Origin: a virus
Strand: one strand, 5' to 3'
DNA: 64,000 nucleotides
Virus record (IMG/VR): IMGVR_UViG_3300016471_001132
Coordinates: 1 to 64,000 of that record
The notes below the pieces were generated by a model that worked only from the letters and a program-made list of their open reading frames with translations, searched no databases and was not told the DNA's origin. Below, piece by piece: positions 17,803 to 27,044 of this stretch. Numbering within the stretch: position 1 is the stretch's first letter; the number at the start of each line of letters is the position of its first letter. The position numbers and the translations under genes are program-made.

Positions 17803-18615
17803 CTATCGTCCCAGTCGTATTTTTTCGCCACGCCTCAGCGCAGCCATTTTCTCAAAAGGATCTTGTTTGCCTTCTCTGGCCCGATCCCACCATGACATGT
17901 CTTCACCTTGGTCTCTCAAGGTATCGGCCAACTGTTGGGCATCCTTGATTCTACGATCATTCCATGCAGCATGATAAAAATCTCTAGGATCATAAGGATT
18001 GCCCTCTAGCATGGGACGATTGGCAAAGGTCTCATCATTGTTGTTTCCAGTGAGATCAGCACGATCATGCAACACATCCACATCGATGTCTTGCATGATG
18101 TCCAGCATGTAGCCCAGATAACTGCACCATGTATCAGTGAGTTGATGCGGACTTAGATAACCGAACATTTCAAACCACTGGTGAGGCACTATGGGGAAAA
18201 TAGCATAAGGGTGTCCGTTGTGTGTGGGCATGCGCAACACACGGAATCGTCCTGTCTGCTCGCGGATACGGCTATCCCAGCCCTGGCTGCGCATCACAGC
18301 ATCGTCGCCCCAGAAAAAAAACCAATCGCCCTGAGCCGACTTTGCCAGCTCGTTGAGGTATTCGTTCAAGCGTAGATACCCCAAACGCTGAAATCCCATG
18401 GCGGTGTATCGCACACCCAGTTCTGTCAATCTCGGGGCTATATTGGCCACAAACCAGTCATAACTGGCTGTGTCATCGTCGTCGAAAGCCAACAGCATTT
18501 CGATGCTGTGTGGATCATCGGCCAATTCGGCCAGTGTCAGCAAAGCTGTTTTGAGACTGTGAGTGCGCCCTCGAGTGGGCAGGAGCATGCTGATAGCTAC
18601 AGGTTTATCGTTCAT
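17803..18615 (-). CDS. GT2-like glycosyltransferase
   Basis: LLPTRGR, FDDDD, FFFWGDD motifs. Confidence 0.75.
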   Translation of the reverse strand: MNDKPVAISMLLPTRGRTHSLKTALLTLAELADDPHSIEMLLAFDDDDTASYDWFVANIAPRLTELGVRYTAMGFQRLGYLRLNEYLNELAKSAQGDWFFFWGDDAVMRSQGWDSRIREQTGRFRVLRMPTHNGHPYAIFPIVPHQWFEMFGYLSPHQLTDTWCSYLGYMLDIMQDIDVDVLHDRADLTGNNNDETFANRPMLEGNPYDPRDFYHAAWNDRRIKDAQQLADTLRDQGEDMSWWDRAREGKQDPFEKMAALRRGEKIRLGR

Positions 18616-18653
18616 ACCTTAATTATCTGTAGCTATCGCACGCCTGAGTATTT

Positions 18654-19157
18654 TTACGACAGTAGGTCTTCATTCCACTCACGGTGTCCCTCGCGGAATG
18701 CCATGTTTGATTGTGTTTCACGCACTTCCACTCTATAGCACCATAGACGCTCGGCCTCGCTAGGACCCCACATGTCGGGGATATAGACGCCATTCACATA
18801 CTTGTACAGCATGTCAGCAAGACCTTCACAGCCCAAGCGTGGCAGCACTACGATCTTGGCCATGTTCCGGGATTGCAACAACTTGAAAGTCTCCATCTCA
18901 GGATCGTCTTGTGCCACGATCAAGGTATGGTCGAACTGATCTTCTAGGATCTTTTTCAGTTCCTTGAGCCCGCCATAGTCGGCGGCCCAGTTACGCACAT
19001 CAAGATCGTCGGTGCCGAAGTAGAACTTCATGGAAAAACTGTAACCATGGATCAGATTGCAATGGCTGTCGGCACGCCATTGGCGATAAGCACAGGGAAA
19101 TGCGTCGTGATACTCTTTGGTTGATGTGTATTTGTACACACGGGTTTGATTGCTCAT
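18654..19157 (-). CDS. queD: 6-carboxy-5,6,7,8-tetrahydropterin synthase; start revised to MSNQ at 19157
   Basis: SHCNLIHGY, DYGGLK, FDHTL motifs; SD AGGAG precedes 19157. Confidence 0.88.
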   Translation of the reverse strand: MSNQTRVYKYTSTKEYHDAFPCAYRQWRADSHCNLIHGYSFSMKFYFGTDDLDVRNWAADYGGLKELKKILEDQFDHTLIVAQDDPEMETFKLLQSRNMAKIVVLPRLGCEGLADMLYKYVNGVYIPDMWGPSEAERLWCYRVEVRETQSNMAFREGHREWNEDLLS

Positions 19158-19163
19158 GCTTGA

Positions 19164-19226
19164 TCTCCTATCATATGTTAGCATAGGCGGCAGAGTTTAT
19201 AGAGCGGGGATGACGCCAAGACCGCT
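19164..19226 (-). ncRNA. candidate riboswitch-like H-type pseudoknot in the queD leader
   Basis: P1 AGCGG/CCGCU, loop GGCG pairs with downstream CGCC, A-rich linker, competing CCUAU/AUAGG hairpin over the SD. Confidence 0.45.
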
Positions 19227-19234
19227 GGGAAAAA

Positions 19235-19639
19235 TTATTTATCAGTGGGATTTTTATATCCAGGGTTTTTATAGTTGGCCTGTCCCGGGATCACTCCGCG
19301 CACACCGCCCACTGGATCTTGGGTATCGCCGGTCCTACGCGGAATGAGATGCACATGCGGATACATCACAGTCTGTCCGGCACTGGGGCCCATGTTGATA
19401 CCTATGTTGTAGCCATCACAATCGCCCTGTTGTTTCAGGGCCTCGCCCCAACTTAATGCCACGCTCATGGCAGCACCGATATCGCTGACATTGACCATCT
19501 TGGGCACAAACAATAGATGTCCTTGTGTCACTGGATATTTGTCTCGATATATCACCAAGTTAGGCAGCTCTTTTACTATCTCCGTCCAAGGAGCCACTCC
19601 TTGTTCTTGCGCTTGCTCTAGATGTGTTTTGATTACCAT
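19235..19639 (-). CDS. HIT family hydrolase
   Basis: YPVTQGHLLFVP, GYNIGINMGPSAGQTV..HVHLIPR motifs. Confidence 0.88.
   Translation of the reverse strand: MVIKTHLEQAQEQGVAPWTEIVKELPNLVIYRDKYPVTQGHLLFVPKMVNVSDIGAAMSVALSWGEALKQQGDCDGYNIGINMGPSAGQTVMYPHVHLIPRRTGDTQDPVGGVRGVIPGQANYKNPGYKNPTDK
19236..19241 (-). promoter_or_regulatory. TAAATA late-promoter-like motif upstream of the queD leader
   Basis: Recurrent motif upstream of many minus-strand genes. Confidence 0.5.
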
Positions 19640-22059
19640 GTTGATTTGATCTCCATTTTTATAGCATGTGAACTTTGTGTTGATACCATGCCTACTGCAT
19701 TGAATGTCGTGTGCCGGGTGATCGATGTTTGATAACCCATCCTAGCGAAGGCTGTCAAGGGATTATCAAATCCGGTCTTGACACTAGTATATTGGATCTG
19801 ACCGCGATTGTCAACACCTGTGGGCAAGGTAAGGTCAACCGATCCACTGATGATCTTTGGCAAAGTACCGGCACCGATCTGCCAGTCTCCAATCATGTAA
19901 GTCACATCTCCCCAAGCCGCTGTGATGGGATTGACTCGCGTTACCAGTCCAGGATCGATCTGCGTGGTAGTATACATGCTACCACCACGCAGTCGCCAGT
20001 GATCCTGCCGCCACGCCACAGTGGCTTCTGCGGTCATCGTAGATTTCACTGTGCCCCAACTACCACTGATGTTCATCCAAGGCGAATAAGGCAAGGCGGT
20101 GAATTGCCATGTGGCCCAGGTGTGTTTTCCTAACCTGTAATCCGGCATCCCAAACACACGGCTACGATTATCCGCGCTGGCTCCATATCGGAATCCATCG
20201 CTTTGTCCGTATTGCAGATCGGTAGCCATGGCCAATGTTCGTGCGCTGTCATCTTTTTCATCAAGTCTAGAGGACCAAGCATTGAGCATGTTCGTGCTAG
20301 TCGACGAATAGTCCATTTCCCAGGCACGACCATGATCATCTTGCACCCGGAGAGAGGCAGCCAGGCCGCCCAATTTCACGCCACTGATAGAACCAGACAA
20401 GGGCCGGAATCCCGATACCGTGGGCATGGCGATGTTTCCTGTGGGCGACAGAGCCAAACTGGGATCCAGCAAGCTCAGGCCCAGATATGTCCTGGTGCTT
20501 TGGCTCATGATGGTGTCAATCTGGCTGGAACTCAACCAAGGCCAGTTGGCGGTTATGGTCGCCCGGGTTTGGTTGTAAGTCATACCATTCAGTGGCGTGA
20601 TGTAGATAGTCCTGTGCGTGGCATGGCCTAGATTGTTTGGATCGGTACCTACTGCTGTGGCGATATACATGGTGCCGCTGGCATCTTGTATCAAAGCAAC
20701 ACCTGTAGCCACGAAACTGGTATTGCTTTCCAGTGATTTGGCACCATCTTGGAAGGCCTTCAACACCGTGGCATAACTAGACTGATACTCAAAGCCGTAA
20801 ATGTTAGTGGAACTGTTCCAGATCAGCACTTGAGCACCGGAGTTGCTGGACCAAGAGTTGCCAGGCAGCACGATATCCAGTCGACCGTCACCATTGATGT
20901 CTTTGAACGAGGCATTGTAACTGGCCACAGTGCCGGTGTCGTATCCTTTGAGCACAGTGTCTGTGATATCTGTGAAGTTACCTGTTCCGCCGTTCTTCAA
21001 GAACTGCACTTCACTGAGATCCGGCCACTGTCCGCCGACTTGATTGGCTCGGCTGATGATCACAGCATCGCTGACCACGCCCTGGCTAGATGCCTTCTTG
21101 CCGGTTGAAAGTTCGATATCAGCCAACACGCGCACCTCGTGCCCACCGTTGGGTGCTTGAACTGCCCATTTCGGCAGTTCGAATCTTGGAGTAGGCAATG
21201 CACTGACATGTGTGACATCTACCCTATTATTAGCAAGATCGATCACATAAGAATAGAGATTGTTGATGCTGCCAGTGGTTGCCTTGGCGCTGCCTTGGTC
21301 AGTGAAGATCACACCCTTGGTGCCCACCGCTGTAAAATCGGCGATAGCGATGCCTGCTCCGCCGGCTTGGGGATTGCCTGCCACTGCGAGCCTGGTAAAT
21401 GTCCTGTTGGCGTTGCCGAGCAAAACCGTGGAACTCCCTCCTGCAGTACTCCAAACGTCATCTCGGCCATCACCATTGAGATCCGCGATGGCCGAGGCAT
21501 GTGCATGTGTAGTGGCTTCGAGCACGATGTCTGTTCGATGATTGAAACTGGAACTACCACTGTTAAAGAACACTGCTCCGGTGCTGGACAACTCGTAACC
21601 GCCGCGCAAGGTTATATCGTCGGTGTAAGGCCCTGCGTACATGTCAGTGTGGCCATCACCGTCAAAGTCACCAAATTTGACTTCTTCTTCGACACCTGTG
21701 ACTCTACGACTCACTCCAGTACCAAACCATTGATCAGTTTTGTCTATCAGTGTGCCACCAGACCAACCCCAGATGGAAATATCAAAATTTTGCCAAGTGG
21801 CTGCTGTGGCTCCACTGGGATTCTGCCGGCCGATCAATATCAACTCGTCGCCTGCAGTGGAATCGATGTCATGAGATATCAGAGCGGTCTCCGTGGCAAC
21901 TGCCCCTGTGCCGCTCAAAGGTTTGATCGAACCTACTCGAGTAAATTGCGAATATGAGGATCCAGAACTGCTGCCGAGCGCACCGCCTCCACCGCCTCCA
22001 CCACAGGCAGTAAGAGCCAGGCTGACTGAAACAGCCAGTGATGTCTTTGCAAAACGCAC
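19633..22059 (-). CDS. lipoprotein with FG-GAP repeats and a probable C-terminal beta-barrel (lipidated autotransporter-like), 808 aa
   Basis: Signal peptide with lipobox LTAC plus poly-Gly; DFDGDG, DLNGDGRDD, DINGDGRLD repeats; amphipathic aromatic C-terminal strands ending in W. Confidence 0.65.
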   Translation of the reverse strand: MRFAKTSLAVSVSLALTACGGGGGGGALGSSSGSSYSQFTRVGSIKPLSGTGAVATETALISHDIDSTAGDELILIGRQNPSGATAATWQNFDISIWGWSGGTLIDKTDQWFGTGVSRRVTGVEEEVKFGDFDGDGHTDMYAGPYTDDITLRGGYELSSTGAVFFNSGSSSFNHRTDIVLEATTHAHASAIADLNGDGRDDVWSTAGGSSTVLLGNANRTFTRLAVAGNPQAGGAGIAIADFTAVGTKGVIFTDQGSAKATTGSINNLYSYVIDLANNRVDVTHVSALPTPRFELPKWAVQAPNGGHEVRVLADIELSTGKKASSQGVVSDAVIISRANQVGGQWPDLSEVQFLKNGGTGNFTDITDTVLKGYDTGTVASYNASFKDINGDGRLDIVLPGNSWSSNSGAQVLIWNSSTNIYGFEYQSSYATVLKAFQDGAKSLESNTSFVATGVALIQDASGTMYIATAVGTDPNNLGHATHRTIYITPLNGMTYNQTRATITANWPWLSSSQIDTIMSQSTRTYLGLSLLDPSLALSPTGNIAMPTVSGFRPLSGSISGVKLGGLAASLRVQDDHGRAWEMDYSSTSTNMLNAWSSRLDEKDDSARTLAMATDLQYGQSDGFRYGASADNRSRVFGMPDYRLGKHTWATWQFTALPYSPWMNISGSWGTVKSTMTAEATVAWRQDHWRLRGGSMYTTTQIDPGLVTRVNPITAAWGDVTYMIGDWQIGAGTLPKIISGSVDLTLPTGVDNRGQIQYTSVKTGFDNPLTAFARMGYQTSITRHTTFNAVGMVSTQSSHAIKMEIKSTW

Positions 22060-22089
22060 GATCGCTCCTAGGGTAATAGCATTGATACT

Positions 22090-22119
22090 ATTTTACTCTA
22101 AGAGCGATTTTTTGGTCAA
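22090..22119 (-). promoter_or_regulatory. sigma70-like promoter TTGACC-N18-TAAAAT for the 808-aa gene
   Basis: Minus strand TTGACCAAAAAATCGCTCTTAGAGTAAAAT. Confidence 0.65.
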
Positions 22120-22142
22120 TCGCAGGGTTAGTGCCTACTAAC

Positions 22143-22841
22143 CTAGCGCGGAGCGTAGTCTTGCTGGAGTTTGATGTTGTCGGTGAACTCTTTTTTCACT
22201 GCAGGATCCGTCCGGAACGCACCGTGTAGCACAGTGGTCTGGGTGAGACTACTATGCGCCATGATACCACGGTTCTCGCAACAGCCATGAGTAGCTTGGA
22301 TATACACACCCACATCCTTGGAGTCAGTGGCCCGCATGATTTCTCTAGCGATGTCATTGCAGAGTTCTTCTTGTAGGGTTCCTCTACGAGCACACCATTG
22401 TGCGATACGAGTATACTTGCTGAGTCCGATCAGTTTCTGTGCGGCAAGGATGCCAATATAAGCAACCCCAACAACGGGTTGATGATGATGGCTACACATA
22501 CTACGAAGTTCACTACGAACCACGAGCATGCCCTCGTAACGGTCTTCTGAATCGTTTGGAAACGCTGTGCAATCGGGTGCTGGATCATATCGACCTCCCA
22601 TGATTTCATTGAAGTACATCTTGGCCAAACGGCGTGCTGTGCCCTTTGAGTTGGGATCGGTCTCCCTATCGATCAGGAGCCGATCCAGCACCAGTTCAAA
22701 GGCTTCGGTGGCTTCGTCGATTAGAAACTGTTTATCGGTGTCGCGCACATAGTCCGAGATGTTGTCTCCGGCCCAGAATCTTTTGTTGTTGTCACGCATG
22801 TTTTTGCGGATGATATCGCTGAGGTATTTTCCTTTTTCCAT
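22143..22841 (-). CDS. folE: GTP cyclohydrolase I
   Basis: T..RLAKMY, SMCSHH, GLSKY.RI, LQE.L, H.C...RG motifs. Confidence 0.95.
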   Translation of the reverse strand: MEKGKYLSDIIRKNMRDNNKRFWAGDNISDYVRDTDKQFLIDEATEAFELVLDRLLIDRETDPNSKGTARRLAKMYFNEIMGGRYDPAPDCTAFPNDSEDRYEGMLVVRSELRSMCSHHHQPVVGVAYIGILAAQKLIGLSKYTRIAQWCARRGTLQEELCNDIAREIMRATDSKDVGVYIQATHGCCENRGIMAHSSLTQTTVLHGAFRTDPAVKKEFTDNIKLQQDYAPR

Positions 22842-22881
22842 TCTATTTTCTCCGAGTTAGGGTCGAGGATGACCAGTCATG

Positions 22882-23463
22882 TTAATCAATGATCCGGATG
22901 TCTCTGCAGTCCGGGTATGGGATGTATTTAGGTTTTTCATTGACTTTGGGCAACAATTCAAGACCTAGTTCTGCTTCTTCTATAGTTGGTCGGTAATGGT
23001 AACCAACTCTAAACACTTTCTGTTCCGACCAAGGGGCGATGGCGAGATCCCTGCCATCATAGCGTTGTTCCAATAAAATCCTGTAAGCCTTGGCATCATC
23101 CAACAGTATAGCACCACCTCGACCTATCTGTAAAGGCTTTCCGGGTCCAAAACTCAAACACTGCATCTGTCCAGGTTTGTACATGTCACGCTCTAGTCTG
23201 CGGGCACTGTCCCAGACTCGGCTACCGTGGAATCGATATTCGCCGGTCCACTCTTCGGGGATGAGCTGATATTCTATGCCCAGTTTGTGCATCAGCATGG
23301 GAATCGATAGATAGGTATAGGCAGTGAATGACAGATGTTTTGGGCGCTCATGACGCAAACACAATTCGATTGCATGTGTACAACAATCGGTCATGATGGC
23401 ATATGGCGCACCAGTGTACTCGGCCAACGAGCGCTCAAATTCTAGTATGGCATCAAAAGTCAT
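22882..23463 (-). CDS. short DegT/DnrJ/EryC1-like PLP aminotransferase (193 aa)
   Basis: FE...AEYTGAPYA, DSA, SFGPGKPL.IG.GG (PLP Lys), GY.Y motifs. Confidence 0.7.
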   Translation of the reverse strand: MTFDAILEFERSLAEYTGAPYAIMTDCCTHAIELCLRHERPKHLSFTAYTYLSIPMLMHKLGIEYQLIPEEWTGEYRFHGSRVWDSARRLERDMYKPGQMQCLSFGPGKPLQIGRGGAILLDDAKAYRILLEQRYDGRDLAIAPWSEQKVFRVGYHYRPTIEEAELGLELLPKVNEKPKYIPYPDCRDIRIID

Positions 23464-23520
23464 TGGCTGAGATCATCTCTTTTGATTTTGGACTCACTGT
23501 CTGGGGCTGCCTTATTGAGG

Positions 23521-24471
23521 TCACCGGGTATACCATCGCCAGGCATGAGAGATGATGTCATCCAACCCAAATTTCGGAGTCCACCCAGAGATTGCATTCC
23601 ATCTGTCAGCTGATGCGGTGAGAATGGCAGGATCTCCAGATCTCTTTGGACCTATGCTGATGTCACATTGTTTGCCTGTTATGCGTTCCGCGGCTGAGAT
23701 AATCTGGCGATTACTGAATCCATTCTTTGTGCCAAGATTGAAAACACCCGCGGCATATTGCCTATCTATGGCCTGCACATGGGCGTCGGCTATGTCTTCT
23801 ACATGCACATAATCTCTCACACAAGTACCGTCATCTGTGGGATAATCATCACCATTGAGTACAAACTCGCGGTTGTCTCTCAAGCTCTCCAAGACTCTAG
23901 CGATGATGTGTGTGGCACCAGGTTTTTGTCCATGGCGTGCCTGGCTGTCTGCGCCGCAGGCATTGAAATAACGGAAAGCCACGAAATCCAGTCCATAGGC
24001 CTGGCGATAGCTCTGCAGCATCCACTCGATCATGAGTTTGCTTTCGCCGTAGGGGCTGATAGGCTCACAGGGATCAACTTCGCTACAAGGAACCATGACT
24101 GGCTCTCCATAACAGGCAGCCGAACTGCTGAAGATCACACGGGTATTGATTTTATTGTCCACGATGTAATCTAATAATTTTTTTGTTTTGACAAAATTAT
24201 TATGATAATAGTCGGCAGGTCTTCCCAGGCTAGGTCCTACCAGACTGGAACCGGCACAATGCACAATAGCCGCTGGCTCAAATTGTTGCAGGAGATCCAG
24301 CCCATATGAACTACTAAAATCTTCTTGATAGAATCTATCGGCCACGGATCCTAGATGTCTCGGGCAGACTACAGTATCTACACCAATGACTGTGTGCTCT
24401 TGATCTTTGAGACGCAACATGGTCTCGCCACCGATATATCCGGCAGCTCCTGTGACGATGATGGTGCTCAT
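23521..24471 (-). CDS. galE: UDP-glucose 4-epimerase
   Basis: TGAAGYIG, FSSSAA.YG, PYGESK, RYFNACG, DGTCVRDYVHV motifs. Confidence 0.92.
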   Translation of the reverse strand: MSTIIVTGAAGYIGGETMLRLKDQEHTVIGVDTVVCPRHLGSVADRFYQEDFSSSYGLDLLQQFEPAAIVHCAGSSLVGPSLGRPADYYHNNFVKTKKLLDYIVDNKINTRVIFSSSAACYGEPVMVPCSEVDPCEPISPYGESKLMIEWMLQSYRQAYGLDFVAFRYFNACGADSQARHGQKPGATHIIARVLESLRDNREFVLNGDDYPTDDGTCVRDYVHVEDIADAHVQAIDRQYAAGVFNLGTKNGFSNRQIISAAERITGKQCDISIGPKRSGDPAILTASADRWNAISGWTPKFGLDDIISHAWRWYTR

Positions 24472-25670
24472 GGCTGTCTCCGTTGGTATTTGTCCCCGGA
24501 TACATGATCACGATATCTATTGCCTGCGCGATTCCACTGCTCACCGGCCCCGGTGATTATGTCCACGATCCTATCTATTGTACCATCGTTCCAGTCAGAG
24601 ATCCGACCCATGTTGTGATGGGGTTCATCCAACAACAATTCTAATTTAATAAAGGCATCATCCATGCTCCAAGGAATATAGAGCCTATCAGGATCATTAG
24701 CAAAAGTTTCAGGAAAACTACGATAAGCAGGATATAGAACATTACAACCAAGAGTGTCGGCCTCCGAGACGGTGTTTGAGACCCAGTCCTGTAGAGCGCA
24801 ATTAAATAATACGCGAGTATCATTAAGCAGATCGTAATAATCATTTTTCTTCAGGCCATCATAGATTTTTAGTTTACCGTCTCTTTGCATCTGCTCAGCA
24901 CGCTGCAGATAGTCAGGATTGTTGCTACGCAAAGGCCCACCAGAAAACACAGCGAACTCAACGTCTCGGTATCTGCCTTGTGTGTGATACATCTCGATGA
25001 GATCCATAAAGAATCCAGGTTGTTTTTCTTGATCGAATCGGGCAGCGAACCCCACACGCATTGTGCGACCGTCAAATGGTCTGATACGGCCAGCGCCGCC
25101 GATGCGTTCCTGTACTTCCTGTTTGCCAAACGCCAAGCCCGAGATGTTGTAGATGGGAGCGGTCCAGCCAGCGATGCGCATATGTGCCACCATCTCTTCG
25201 TTGGTAGCCAGCACATGCACACCGGGGATCTGGTTTACCATCTTTTCATAAGTCGACATCCAGCCTGCCATGCCCCAGACATGAACGAAATCATCCGGAT
25301 CAATGGCTTGAGCAAGACAACGGACAAAAATGCGAGGACGCTGAGACTCAGGCACTTGATCAAGAATATAAGGTAGGCTCTCGATACCGGGCTGAAACAT
25401 GTCTTCAAAGTAGATAACATCTTCATTGGTGACCTCTCCGTTGCGCATCATCTGCACTAGGTTCATCATCTGACTCATGGAGAAATAACTGCGACCATGT
25501 GCGTCTAACACTTGGCCCACAGAGATCGATTGTGTGTTGTCGATGGTCGAACCGGGCACATATACAACATCTAGCCCACGACGATCAAACACACGCCGAT
25601 TCCATTCTGTGAGTTGAAGGGTATAGCGAGCCTCATATGATTCGAGGCCCATGTAGAACAACTTACGCAT
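24468..25670 (-). CDS. GT-B (GT4-like) glycosyltransferase; start revised to MRKLF at 25670
   Basis: FAARFDQEK.P and QDWVSNTVSEA..LG (variant of the E-x7-E motif). Confidence 0.75.
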   Translation of the reverse strand: MRKLFYMGLESYEARYTLQLTEWNRRVFDRRGLDVVYVPGSTIDNTQSISVGQVLDAHGRSYFSMSQMMNLVQMMRNGEVTNEDVIYFEDMFQPGIESLPYILDQVPESQRPRIFVRCLAQAIDPDDFVHVWGMAGWMSTYEKMVNQIPGVHVLATNEEMVAHMRIAGWTAPIYNISGLAFGKQEVQERIGGAGRIRPFDGRTMRVGFAARFDQEKQPGFFMDLIEMYHTQGRYRDVEFAVFSGGPLRSNNPDYLQRAEQMQRDGKLKIYDGLKKNDYYDLLNDTRVLFNCALQDWVSNTVSEADTLGCNVLYPAYRSFPETFANDPDRLYIPWSMDDAFIKLELLLDEPHHNMGRISDWNDGTIDRIVDIITGAGEQWNRAGNRYRDHVSGDKYQRRQP

Positions 25671-25675
25671 GGCTA

Positions 25676-25882
25676 TTACCTCCGGGCGTCTTGCTGCCAC
25701 ATGTCCTTGGCGTGTTTGCCCTGGATCTTTTTGTTGAACTGTTGGTAAGCGTAGCTCTTCCAGTTATAGAGATCTTTCTCGTCATATTTGTAGCCATAGT
25801 CCTGGCAGAATCGCAAGTATTGTTCGAGATCATCAAAAACTTGGGTCACGCGATGGTTGGGTTTGAATGTGGGTCGAGCCAC
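25676..25882 (-). CDS. hypothetical protein (68 aa)
   Basis: SD AGGAG; tight packing. Confidence 0.7.
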   Translation of the reverse strand: MARPTFKPNHRVTQVFDDLEQYLRFCQDYGYKYDEKDLYNWKSYAYQQFNKKIQGKHAKDMWQQDARR

Positions 25883-25892
25883 GATAGTCTCC

Positions 25893-26333
25893 TTAGATGA
25901 CTAGGTTTTGTGAAGGACGGGTTGTATTATATTCAATTACACAGCCGTTTTCGTTGTCTTCGGCCACTGAGATAGTGACATCTCGGCCTGGATAACGATC
26001 GGCTATGTGTATATATAGGTCGTCGGCAATCATCTCACAACTTTTGTAGTCGAGCTGTAGTGTGCCTTGATAGAGACGCTCCAACCAGCGTTTGAACTGG
26101 ATGAACTCGATGTCGCGATCATTGTGGAACACTTGGATGCCGACTCGGAAATGGAAGATATGGCGATGGGCTACACCCAGGAATGCGACATCATCCCAGT
26201 CACCTGTGGCCAGTTTGGGATCTGTATCAGCACCAGGATACTTGTGGATGCCTTCCCGCTGGAAAGTGACCCAGATCATCCTTCGAGCATGATCCTTGAT
26301 GCGTTCTGCTGTTTCTCTTTGTTCTTGGTTCAT
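25893..26333 (-). CDS. dpdL: QueD-like T-fold protein, DpdL-like (putative CDG decarboxylase)
   Basis: LGVAHRHIF matches the LxxxHRHxF signature I recall for DpdL; SCEMIA and EDNENG T-fold motifs; next to the TGT-like gene. Confidence 0.65.
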   Translation of the reverse strand: MNQEQRETAERIKDHARRMIWVTFQREGIHKYPGADTDPKLATGDWDDVAFLGVAHRHIFHFRVGIQVFHNDRDIEFIQFKRWLERLYQGTLQLDYKSCEMIADDLYIHIADRYPGRDVTISVAEDNENGCVIEYNTTRPSQNLVI

Positions 26334-26860
26334 ACCACTTTGTCCTCATCATATTTAGACCAATCAGTGAATACTGATCTTCGTTGCAGGCTGTGCAGGC
26401 TGTGAACCCACACGCCAGGGTTGGTGGCTGCGAAGTCTCGATCGTCGATCTTGACACAGGTGTTGTAGTTCCACAGTCGGATGTAAGGCACGGGTACCTT
26501 GATGATGGGGATGAATCTGTCGTATTCGTTCAACCCACCTTCGTGGAACTCTTCCACATATTCAAAAGGAATGTCCAAGCTACAGAAATAACCACGCATC
26601 AGGAATGTCGCGATCATGTTCTCCCATTTGACATAATCATCGCGGGTCTTGGGATGATATGAATCGTTGGCACCAAAGAAGATGTGCTTGACTGCCCCAC
26701 CTACGCTGGCAAAGGGATCATCAAGGATCGCATCGATTTCATCCTGCTGATGATAGCCGATCACGAACAAGGTCTTCATACTATGGGCTGGCGTGTGTTC
26801 TACTTCATTACCGAAGAAGAACTCTGCTGATTCGTGTCCAGATCTATTCATCGTGGCCAA
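26330..26860 (-). CDS. conserved hypothetical protein in the dpdA neighbourhood (176 aa)
   Basis: Coupled ORF between dpdL and dpdA; no family recognised. Confidence 0.75.
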   Translation of the reverse strand: MATMNRSGHESAEFFFGNEVEHTPAHSMKTLFVIGYHQQDEIDAILDDPFASVGGAVKHIFFGANDSYHPKTRDDYVKWENMIATFLMRGYFCSLDIPFEYVEEFHEGGLNEYDRFIPIIKVPVPYIRLWNYNTCVKIDDRDFAATNPGVWVHSLHSLQRRSVFTDWSKYDEDKVV

Positions 26861-27044
26861 CTTCTTGATCGTGTTCGTACTGTTTGCGACGCAACTCAGA
26901 CAGTTGGTCTTTGAGTGCCAGTTTCTGTTTCTTTAGCGTCTGCATAGTAGCGTCGTCGAATCTACCTGTTGATTCCAGTCCACGGATCTTTTTGTCCAAG
27001 GTCTCGTGCATCATCTCCAGGTGACGGATACGATTCTCATACAT
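26844..27044 (-). CDS. DUF465/YdcH-like small coiled-coil protein
   Basis: L...H..LD..I...LKKQKL.LKDQL pattern. Confidence 0.65.
   Translation of the reverse strand: MYENRIRHLEMMHETLDKKIRGLESTGRFDDATMQTLKKQKLALKDQLSELRRKQYEHDQEVGHDE

Noticed and set aside
21981-22010. GGT/GGC run as a DNA repeat element
   Set aside because: It is explained by the poly-Gly linker after the lipobox Cys.
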